A DNA stretch of 64,000 nt from Halocafeteria seosinensis (Eukaryota): contig LVLI01000143.1 of assembly GCA_001687465.1 (NCBI GenBank), positions 1 to 64,000 of the forward strand. The letters run 5' to 3'. The translations under genes and the position numbers were made by a program. The stretch's first letter is position 1, and the number at the start of each line of letters is the position of its first letter. The notes beneath the pieces were generated by a model. That model was given only the letters and a program-made list of their open reading frames with translations, did not search any database and was not told the DNA's origin. Positions 45,142-55,674 of the stretch are shown piece after piece.

Positions 45142-48011
45142 ATGGCAGATGTAGATGATAATAATCCTCCTCAGCCAGAGGAGGAACAAGGTTTACGGCA
45201 TCGTCGTCATCATGATAATGAAGTAGAAGAAGAGGAAGAACCTCCTATACATGAAGAAGAAGTGGCTCCTCCGCCGCCGCCGCCTCAGGAAGAAGAAGAA
45301 AGGAGCTGTATGCGTCGATATTGCTGCTGCTGCTGCTGTCGATCTCGCCGTCATGGCAATGAAGGAGAGGCCACTTCAGGGAAATGCTGCTCCACGTGGA
45401 TGAAGTATTCACTCGCCAGTATAATAGCGGCAGGAATTATGATTCATCACGCATTTGAGACTAAGAAACAATTTTATCCGGCCGTCATTTATTTAGTCAC
45501 TTCCAAACCCTCAATTTCGATTCTTGGGAATTTAGCGTTCGTGTTGCTGATTTCTTCGGCCAAAGTGTTTCAGGCGATTATGCTCGGTTCATTGTACCCT
45601 TTGGAAGTGGAACGTGCCACGGAAGTCTTACGATTCTCAGTGTTGGATACGTGTTTGGCTTTGACATTGTTTCGAGAAGATCTGTCGTACCGCGTCGTGA
45701 CGTTATTCGCGTTTCTCTTGCTCTCCAAGTCATTCCATTCATTGGCGGATGCTCGGATGGACAGTGTAAGTGCGCTTATGTGAGAATATTTTTGTGTATG
45801 TGGATATTTGATTGATTAATTTGACCGAACCTTTGTTTTCCGCAGCATGAGCAGCACGATTCCCGCATTGCAATGATGCAGGAAGAGCCTCAGACGCATG
45901 ATTCAAGACATACTAAATATGGACATGTCTGTTTCGTTGCCCTGCTCGTCACGCTGTTTGCTGTCGATCTTGGGCTTTCCCTGGTCTTTTCGTACCGTGT
46001 TGCGGAAGAGGGCCCTTCCGTGGCAATCCTTTTCGCATTCGAGTACATTGTGATGCTTCTCTCGATTGTTCTCGTAGCGTATCGATACGTCTTGTACCAT
46101 GTGGCGCATCGGATTGAAGCACGTACTGAGGGAGCTTGGGTTAACAAGAATCTCTACCTCATGTATGGACGGCTCTTCATCAGCATGATCAAACTATTGG
46201 TGTTGCTGACATACTTCACCATTCTAACTGCCTTTATAACATTCCCCATCATGATCGTTCGGGACTTATTTTACGCATTCCGAGCCGTTCGAACAGAATT
46301 ACAGAATCTAGTTGCTACAAGGCGCTTACGAAGGCAGATCACGGAACGATTTATGCGACCAACTCAGGAGGAAATTGATGATTGCGGTGGCCTAGATATT
46401 ATCAGTCACCTAGAACTACAACCGGAGAGTTCGATAAAATTACCTTGCAACCACATATTCCGAGAAGATGCCCTTTTATCATGGTGGGAAAGGCAACAAA
46501 CATGCCCTGTTTGCCGGTATGATGTAAACCAGCCGGAACCTCCTACATACGTGGAAGAACGCGAGAGGCGAAGGCGCTTACGAAATAATGCACAACATCA
46601 AGACGAACCCACCCCTGCGCAGCAAAGAGCTGCTGCAGCGGATCAGCCGAATGTAACAGGCAACGCCGGAGATGGAGAGAGAGCTGCTCAAGCTCAAGCT
46701 AACCAGGAGACTGACGCTCTAGCACCTCGTAGAGTTGAAACACAAGAAACAGAAGAAGCTGGTGCAGCAGTAACCGGTGCTGCTACAGACACTTCTGCTC
46801 GAGCAACAGAACCTATCCGGACGTCTTTGGGGCGTACGGCAGTCCACGAACATTCAACAGACTTGACCGCGTCAATGGCTGCACCGGTGCATGCCAGAGA
46901 GATTGACTCCTCACGCAGAGAAAAGGAAAAGACTTCGAAAAAAGACAAATCGAAAAGGAGCCGCAGGAAGGAAAAGAAACGTTCCAAAAAAAGACACAGT
47001 AAACGCAAGCGTCGCTCTTCGACAGAATCTTCCTCCTCTTCGTCTCCCACTGGTTTTGATTTCTATGGATACCCGCAAATGTGCATGCCCTTTATGCCTC
47101 CTCCCCCGCCTCCTCCAGATTTTTATGGAATGAATTACTGGCAATCCCCGCACTCCTCGTATTGGAACTCGCAGAGCCAGGGTGCTATGGAAACACCGCC
47201 AGCCGGTAGCCACTCTGCTGCGGCATCGGCATCGACAGCGTCTTCGAATTCCCGGCAGCAGTATTATGCCCAGTTTGCAGGAGCGTATGCTCATCCGTAT
47301 ATGTTTCCTCCACCTTCGTTTGGCGGTGGCCCACGGGGATACCCTTCTGGTTCTTTCAATCACCGTCAGGGCTCAGAACCCAACGCTGAAACGGGGGGAA
47401 TGCCGCCTTTTTGGCCGCCGCCTCCCCCTTGGATGCAGCCTCCTTCAATGCAATCCCCGCAAATGCAAGGAGGCATCGCGGCATCTGCTTTTCAGTCTGG
47501 TTATCTTCACTCGAATGGTCAAACTCAACCCTCTTCAAGGGTTATGGTGTCGCCCGATATTGCTTCTGGTAGAGCCGATTTACAGCAGCCTGTTACGGAT
47601 AAGGCCACAGAATTTAAGGAAGCGTGTACCCGGGGAGATTTAGAAAGAGCGCGTGAGCTACTTGACCGTGAAGAAGTGGGTGCAAATGCCGATGAGGGCT
47701 ATCCGCTCATCAATGCATGTGAGGGAGGGCACTTGGAAGTTGTTAAGTTGCTTCACGACCGGGGAGCCGATCTTAATGTTCAGGACGGTTTGCCGTTGTT
47801 TGAGGCTCGATTGTCAGGCCATACTGAAGTAGTAAAGTACTTAGAGGAGGCTCTCGGTGTTGGACACTCGGATACAGCAGCTACAGCTTCTGCTACTTCG
47901 ACTGCTTCTGCAACCACGACTTCCTCTTCATCCCCTAGTGCATCACAGGATGAAATTCGCAGACGCCGCCTTCAAGCATTGAGTGGTAATGTTACATCCC
48001 AATCTTACTAA
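45142..48011 (+). CDS. HRD1: HRD1/synoviolin-like ERAD E3 ligase with a variant RING and C-terminal ankyrin repeats
   Basis: Exons 45142-45765 and 45846-48011. HRD1 TM motifs: 'KQFYPAVIYL', 'LDTCLALTLFRED', 'KSFHSLADAR', 'ILFAFEY'. RING remnant 'KLPCNHIF..LLSWWERQQTCPVCR'. Ankyrin motif 'PLINACEGGHLEVVKLLHDRGADLN'. Confidence 0.9.
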
Positions 48012-48951
48012 ACAGAGCAGGGAAGTCGCCTTGTAGACTCTTCGGTTGAATTAACGCCAGTTGTTTTGCAAGCAATATACACGTGCTCCTGATTTGGCGG
48101 TGTGCGTCTCTTAGCTTCTCCAATTTCATAGGTGCAAAGGAACAGGAGAATACTCCCGGAAGTAATCAAGTACTTGACTGTGTAGAGGAGGACTTTGCTC
48201 CTTGTGCCACGGCACCTTGGAACTCGAAGTGTTAGTCAGGTTAGTTTTGGCTGTGCAGGTACTCACATTATTGTGGACGCCATCTTCGGAATGTTGGACT
48301 TTCCGTTTACCATGGAGGGTTGCCTTTCGTCGAGGAATGTTCGTCTTACTTTCTTCCTCTATGAGTTCCCTGAAAGATATCGAAGATCAAACAGAAACTG
48401 AACCGATCCTCGTCTCGCGTCCTCGGGGTTTCACCTCGATAGACCGCCGATACCGCAGTAACTGGCCGCTTATATTGCACCGAACCATAAGTGTAAACAA
48501 CCAGAAAGCGTTGCACGTGCCCTATATTGCCCCGACTCAATGTACGTGTTTGACCACGGGTCTGCTTCCATGACATGGAATCCATGTGCTTCAAAAAAAA
48601 TTCCAAACGCAGCCGAGAATCCAATGAAAGATCCACTACGATGGGTGACCCTACAGTAGTTGCATAATTCTTCTCATATCACATTTCATTACCCCGAAAC
48701 TACTACTAACCTCCTAACCTCTAAACGTTTTTTTTTTCTGCGTCGAACCGCACGATTCTCGTCTTCCCAAAACTCCAAATTGTCTCCATCTTGTTTGCCT
48801 CGACGAAAAGATTGTAGGGTTTTGGTCTGCGAACGAGAGACGAAGTTAAGCAGAGGAATCGAGAGTTGGCACCCCCCGAAAGAGGAATCGGCCGATTAAA
48901 AAATTTCCACTGCGTCTTTGAAACCGGCGTTTGGCAGATTAAGTGCGCATC

Positions 48952-49806
48952 ATGGAGCCCGTTCCACACCGTTCGTCCGGTGGGGATTCGTTGTTATCTC
49001 ATGGACTGAGCACATTGAGTTCNTCTCCGTGGGGCTACGGGACGATCGCTACCGCTCTGATTGCAGGAAGTCTAGGATTCGGGTGGTATTTGGGACAGCG
49101 TCAAATGGCCGTCCGACGGCGTCTTCGGCAAGAAGCGCGAGCGAGACGGCGCCGCCGCAGTCGGACGTCATCGCGATCCAACAAGGACAACGACGACGAG
49201 GAAGAGGAAGCCGGATCGGATTCCGAGAGTTCCTCGAGCGGTAGCAACGATTTGGACGAAACTGAAGGGAGCGATAGTTTCCTGATGCCTCCGGACGAGG
49301 ATCTGAAAATGGTCATGTGCGTACGCACGGACCTGAATATGCAAAAGGGGAAAATGATGGCCCAATGCTGCCACGCTTGCCTCGGGGCCTACCGCCGCGC
49401 AGTCAAGAATTACGCAAAATGGGTACGAGAATGGCTTACATGGGGGTGTGCGAAGATAGCACTCAAATGTCCGAGTGAAGAAGTGCTCTATGAGATAGCG
49501 AAAACCGCAGTGGAAGCTGACCTTCCCTGTTACGTGGTGGTAAGTGGCTGACCAAGTCCGAGGAAGGGAAGTCAAATTGCTACTGATTTTCAACGTTTGC
49601 AGGAAGATGCTGGAAGGACACAAATAGCTGCTGGATCGCGAACAGGTAAGCTGGCGCCTGAACCCATTGTTTTCAGATGAATGAACTTGGAGCTCGAATT
49701 TGCTTGTTATTGCTGGTCTGCAGTGGTGGCGATTGGCCCAGCGCCCAAGTCTAGAATTGATAGTATTACAGGTCCTCATGGATTACATCCCTTGAAACTA
49801 TTATGA
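48952..49806 (+). CDS. PTH2: Peptidyl-tRNA hydrolase 2 with an N-terminal TM anchor
   Basis: Exons 48952-49539, 49603-49645 and 49724-49806. Motifs: 'KMVMCVRTDLNMQKGKMMAQCCHA', 'DAGRTQIAAGSRTVVAIGP' and terminal 'LKLL*'. Confidence 0.95.
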
Positions 49807-49913
49807 ATTATTTTGAAAAATGTGAAATTTAATTCGTGCAAAAACAGCTATATGCGAAAAGGCTACGCTTCATCCATGAAGCGTTTAGAAGTTCTCCTCT
49901 GCTGGCGAGCTAG

Positions 49914-52900
49914 CTAAATCAGCTTGCGTAAGGCTTGGTTAAGCCAACCATTGGAAGTATCAACGACGCTTACTGCACAGAATGAATAGGTAGACCGAAT
50001 CCGTTTTAGTGCAGCTAAGGCTAGTTCAAGAGCTCGGGAAGTTCCTGATGGATAGTCAAATCGAACATCGTACTCCCCGAAATTTTGCTGTGAGAATCCG
50101 TCTACCGCATTCACTAGATCTTGCACATCCTGGGAAAGTCGAATCCATTCATCCAAAGAAATAGAGTTCTTTTGTTTCCTTGAAAGCGACCATAACCGAT
50201 GCAGTAAGAGAGCTAACTCTCCAACTTCTTCATACGAAAGCCCAGGAAGATGGACTTCTCCGGCTCCGGGCTCCTGGTGTACGGCTGCAAGTGAGGAGTA
50301 CGAAGCACTTTGACCTCGAGTGGGATATGGGGCAAACCCTACGGAATACTCTGTTCGCGGCTGTTGCTGCTGCTGTTCCTCCGTTGCTCCCGCATTTAAC
50401 TCTTGATCGCGCGAGGCAGCGATCTGATTTGCCAACGCCATTGGGTCCACATTCTGTGGTAAAGGTACCTGCGATTCTCTCACTTGCCTAGGAGCAGTAG
50501 GGGGCCGGCTTTGGTGCAACGGCGCGGTCATTGCATCTGGTTGTTCTCTCTGGGTCATCCAAGATATGTGTAGTAGTCTGTCAATGTCCCGGAGGACGAG
50601 ACGAAGACGATTCCGTACTTCCTGTGGAGTGAGGCTCTCCCGAGCAGGTCCAACATCCAGATTTTGGCCATCATAGAACCAGCGTTGCCAGAATGCTGAT
50701 GGATTGGAGCCACTCGATGAGAATCTGGCTAATGCAAACACAGCACGCTTCACAGAATTGCCAATCAACATAGTCCCGACGTAAGAGACCAGCAAAGCGG
50801 GGACTAGTGCCATCAACTGCATATTCAGATTCTGCTGTTTCCGAATCTCATCCATCGCGAGCATACCATTGAGCATTTCCTTTTTAATAAATTGTATCTG
50901 TATCACAAAAGAAACAAAGCTCCTAAAGTAGCATTACGCTATAGCCACTACTGTTCATCACATACCTGGATCAACATCATCTGAACTAGGTCTCCAGTCG
51001 CAAAGTAGTAAATTGGATGCATGATTTCGTTTTCATACGCCTGCGAAACAAATGACATATCCATCGCTTCAGCAGCTGCCACGACGGCATTCTGTGGAAT
51101 ATCTATCAATCCTTTTTGGCGACGATTAGTCAGAAACGACTTAAGCATGCTGCTCAGCGACCTCTTTGCATCCTTTATTGCTTCTACATCCGCAACATGT
51201 GACTGCAGAATACTCAAGAATACCTTCAACAAGACTCGGGAGTGACAATACCATACGAGGCACACATTGCCACTTACTTCTTTGCGGACAAACAACTCAT
51301 CCCACATAGAATCGATTGGTCCCTTGAGATGGTCATTGTAAAAGCCCGCGACAGCACGTTTGAACCGATCAACGTTAGCAGCGAGTTCATCCCGATTCCG
51401 AATCAATTGGCGAGTGGAAATAGCGGCAACTCCAGAAAAGAGAGATATTTTAAGCCAACTGAAGGACAACAGAGGTAGGCATGGATTCCCAGACAGACTC
51501 TTTGAGAACAGCAAATATACTTACTTTCGACGAAGTATACCTCGAGGCTCCAACGGTTGCAATCTATTGTGCACTGCATCCTCATAAAGTGCTGCCTTTT
51601 CCCCCAACTTTAAGAGCATTACACTGCGTTGACGGCAGGATAGTTGCTCTGGAGGTGTATCCCAGGCTGAGTTTCTACGTGAATCCCTCTGGAAATTGTC
51701 TCCGAAGTCTTCCTTCTCCTCGTCGCTTTCAGATTCACTAATGCTGTCAAGAGTGCTAACCGTACTCTCTTCGGATGCGCTATCACGCCCTGAAGTATCC
51801 ATAGTAAAGGAAGCCAGCGAAGCTAGTAGGGACGAGTATTTCTTGCTCCGTGAGCCTTTCCTCCGGCGACGAAATGACTCTGGAATCTCCTTGCTAAGTA
51901 ACTCCTTTATCAAGTGCAGACTCTGTTGAGCTATTTGCATAGTTGCTTCCGTAGTCTGAGCTGTAGCAAAGGAGGCTAGTGACCGGCGCAGTTTTCCCAG
52001 AAAGTTTAGAAGCGGGATCCTTGCATCTCTCAAACAGGATACTTTTTCCTGTGGAGATTCATAATGAAGCCAGAAGGGAGCAATGAGGTGGAAAGGACCC
52101 TGTTCAATAGCTTCCATCAATGGACGCTCTATTCGCTGATTCCAGAATGAAATGTACGCATCCACTGGGAGAAGCAGAGAAAAAAGTCTCTGATGCAATT
52201 GAGTGACCAAGTCCAATGCACATCGGCATTCCAAGAAATGAAGCGAGTCTCGCGCAACTCCAGTCCTTGCCGAAGTCGGGATAGTGGATGGCATTTCCTC
52301 GCTCTCACCAGAGGCAGATGCAGACCCACCATTGTCGTTTCCGTCCCAGAAATTGTGGTATCCTTGATCATGCAACATGGAATCCAAGGAAGTCCAAGGC
52401 TCAATGACGTCAGATCTCCACCACTCAGGAAGCCGCGGTTCCGAATCAGCCAATAACCCTTCGACGGATTTTCGAAGCGTCCGAAAGTAGCATTGAGTCC
52501 CAGGAGGGCAATTCTTCTCCATATCTTTTTCACCCTCACCCTCATCACCTCTGTCCTCCTGGAATTCACCAGTTGCCGGTAGGACACCGTGAGCTTTCCA
52601 GAGGCGTCCTACATTCATAAGTGCCAATGTCGTCACTCTTTGCTCCACCGTCACGCGCGAAAAGATCTCTGGGGGTACTCGAGCTGAAGCAGCCGTCATC
52701 CATCCTTGTGGCTGCTGGTGCTGCTGCGTGGGAACTTTGCTGCTGCCTTGGCGGAACCCAGTGTCGCTTCCTCCCGCCGTGCTACTCGCACAGGGCGAGC
52801 CGGGACCTGTAATTTTGGATGTAGATCCCATGATGTTCCCCCAAAGGTCAGAAGAACTCCCAGCATGCCATCGTGAGCCATGAATGGCAGACGAATGAAA

Positions 52901-53179
52901 AGACTTTCCGAGGTGGTCGCTACTCCGGCTCCCGGTATCGTCTCGTTCAGACGCATCCGGTTCATTTCGATTGCCATACGCAGTCCCACTCGCTTCGCCA
53001 TGCAGTTCTCCATAGGATCCACATGGATTGGGTCCTATCGGCCTTGTATGGGCTTCAGGAGAGGCTCCTGTTGAAGTTGGATGCCTCCAGCCGTGGCTTT
53101 GGCGATCCAGGCTATGCTGGACAGCATGCCGAAAATACGACAGATCATTACTATTAGCTTGGTTGCGGTTCATCATCAT
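49914..53179 (-). CDS. NCA2/DGS1-family mitochondrial membrane protein
   Basis: Spliced across ORFs 51521-53179, 50948-51514 and 49914-50906. 'GDLVQMMLIQ|IQFIKKEMLNGMLAMDEIRKQQNLNMQLMALVPALLVSY' resembles the NCA2/DGS1 core, and 'YENEIMHPI' precedes it. Confidence 0.8.
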
Positions 53180-53767
53180 TGTTGTTATAATTATTTATTA
53201 TTTATTTAACCGATTCTTAGCGCGTTACCGTGATGTGATGTATAACATTCATGACAACCCATCAACCAGAGTTCTTAGTTTACGCGTACAAACGCTAAAT
53301 TCTTAAGTAATTCCTGCAAGGGATGGATAGAAGCAGAAATTCAGAGCGTGCCGCATGTGTTTTTGGTGTCTCGCGGCGCAATACATCCCGTGGCATGCCA
53401 TGCATGCGTCGCATATCGCGGAATGGGAATTTTGAATTCCACTGCCGAATTCATGATGCGTCAGCGCGCGCGCGTTCGCTCCGGAAACGTCGAAACAAAT
53501 AATCCCTTCTCAAATCAATGTGTAGATCTAATTCGTTAGGTTCAGAGAAACGACCTCGGTTGACAGTGTTGACAGTCACCTCAAGGCAGCTCCTCGGGCG
53601 TGCTTGGATCCAGTGTTTGCTTAGATGATGATAAGTTAGATCTTGGCTTTGGGTGGAAGCTCATTGTGCGGTTGATACCGAAAGCGTGGGGTACAGAGGA
53701 ATGGATCTCACGATCTCGTTTGCTGTACAGTATCCTTTATTGCCCGCTGCAAAAAAATACCGATAAC

Positions 53768-54111
53768 TCGCCGAGAGAAAAATTCATGACACAGTTGAAG
53801 CGCGCTAAACTTGTTACAAAATCACCTCACCAAAAACAGCGATATACATGGTTGTGGAGCATCATGGTCCATAGTTGGATTCCTAACCGCCCGAGAGAAA
53901 CCTTCATGCACAGTTTAAGCTTGTTAGACATGTTGATACTGTACATGGTACATCATGAACCATGGTTGGATTCCTAACCGCCCGAGAGAAAAATTCATTC
54001 ATGACACAGTTTAAGCGTATTAAACATGTTACACAATGACCTCACCAAAAATGCATGTAGCGTACACAATTGTGGAGCATTCATGATCCATGCTGGTTGG
54101 ATTCCTAACCG
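53768..54111. repeat. Degenerate tandem repeat, three units of about 90-130 bp, ending in GTTGGATTCCTAACCG
   Basis: GTTGGATTCCTAACCG occurs near 53874, 53965 and 54096. CGAGAGAAA..TTCATG(A)CACAGTT occurs near 53772, 53892 and 53982. Confidence 0.85.
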
Positions 54112-54273
54112 GAATCTACACTGTACTTTTGTGAAGCTCCCAATTCACCTTGATTCAAAAGGATTGTCACGTTATAGCTCCCTTTCTAGTAGATCCTAGA
54201 TTTACCCAAAAGGTTCTTCTGCGTGTGCCGTCGAATACCGAGGATTCATTTGTGTCATTGATTTGGAAACATC

Positions 54274-55674
54274 ATGTTGTCTCCGAACTTCAACTTGAAG
54301 CGGGGTGGGACGATGGTGGAAGTGTATTTGCGCTGGTTTTCGGCGAGGCGTCAGAGGATAGACCTGGACAAATGCGTAGCGTATTGGGAGCGTGTGTTTG
54401 AGGCCGTGGATAAAGATACGGGAGAGCTATGCCGGGTTCTGCGACAGTATTCTTGGTGGCGATGTACACTGGTGCCTCCTGGGGATTTGGTGAAGTACAC
54501 GGAATCCAAACTTACACAAGAATATCCTAATTTCTGCGGAGGGGTGAAAGTACCAGTGCGGTGGCTAGGGGACAAAAAGTTGGCAGATTTTTTAGAACCA
54601 GCGTTTGCTTTGTTCTCGCGGCTGCGGTCATTGGAATTGATAGTAGCAGATTCAAGTGCTGTTCTTCATCATCGCGCTCCTACAGATCGATGCTTCGTCC
54701 ATTTGACGAATTTAAGGCATCTTTACATGGAGCAAAGTACCGCTACAAACATTACGGACACTGCATTCCGATCGTTGTCCAAGCTGGAATCTCTGGAGAT
54801 GCCCATGTGCAACCAAAACTCCATCTCGGATGACGCGTTTCGGCATCTGTCTAATTTGAGGGCACTCAACATGCGAGGATGCAATCAATCAACCATTACC
54901 GACAAGGCATTTCTTCATCTAAGTAATTTATCAAGGTTGACGATCAACGGATGTACTCAAGAGACAATTACGTGGCAGGCCTTTCGCAAACTGAAGAACC
55001 TCCGCTCAATGGAAATGTGCTATTGTCCCCCATTAGTCATTACCAGATCAACATTCTATTCTCTGACCAATCTGCAATGGTTAGACATAGGTGGAAGTCG
55101 TAACGACAAGATATCGGATGACACGTTTCGATGTTTGTCAAATCTAAGAGGTCTCGCCATGAAAGCTTGCAGGCAAACGACCATAACAGATGGAGGGTTT
55201 CAGCATCTTTCTCGATTGGAACTACTCTATATGAGTGGCTGTGATCAATCGACAATAACCAGTGCCGCATTTGAACACTTATCAAGTGTGGTCCACCTAA
55301 GTATGAGCGCTTGTAAGCAAGAAACGATAACTGATCAGGCGTTTCGATGGCTCTCTCAGTTGACGTCGTTGTGCATGAACTTTTGCGACCAGTCTACTCT
55401 TACAGATGGTATGTTTCAACATTTGTCAGGGTTGAAAAGTTTAGCGATGAATCATTGTGAACAGCGTACACTCACTGATGACTCATTCCTCCACCTAAAC
55501 TCTTTAGTCACCTTGGAGATGCGATATTGTCGTCAACCAACGATTACGAGTAATGCTTTTCGGCACCTATCGAGCCTAGAGGTATTGGAGATGGAAGGGT
55601 CAAAAAAATCCATCACGACTACCCAACTCCATGAAGTCTTGCCGACCCTCAAGTGGGTGCGAACGAGAAGCTGA
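54274..55674 (+). CDS. Intronless leucine-rich repeat protein (25-aa Cys-containing LRRs)
   Basis: About 13 repeats of 'FxHLSxLxxLxMxxCxQxTITDxA'. No obvious signal peptide or TM segment. Confidence 0.9.
   Translation: MLSPNFNLKRGGTMVEVYLRWFSARRQRIDLDKCVAYWERVFEAVDKDTGELCRVLRQYSWWRCTLVPPGDLVKYTESKLTQEYPNFCGGVKVPVRWLGDKKLADFLEPAFALFSRLRSLELIVADSSAVLHHRAPTDRCFVHLTNLRHLYMEQSTATNITDTAFRSLSKLESLEMPMCNQNSISDDAFRHLSNLRALNMRGCNQSTITDKAFLHLSNLSRLTINGCTQETITWQAFRKLKNLRSMEMCYCPPLVITRSTFYSLTNLQWLDIGGSRNDKISDDTFRCLSNLRGLAMKACRQTTITDGGFQHLSRLELLYMSGCDQSTITSAAFEHLSSVVHLSMSACKQETITDQAFRWLSQLTSLCMNFCDQSTLTDGMFQHLSGLKSLAMNHCEQRTLTDDSFLHLNSLVTLEMRYCRQPTITSNAFRHLSSLEVLEMEGSKKSITTTQLHEVLPTLKWVRTRS

Noticed and set aside
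48126..48940. Possible small minus-strand gene between HRD1 and PTH2
   Set aside because: Coding-like fragments occur in several frames, but no gene model can be supported without transcript data.
53768..54111. Palindromic repeat with spacers as a mini-CRISPR
   Set aside because: The intervening sequences are homologous to each other and 60-100 bp long, so it is a degenerate tandem repeat.
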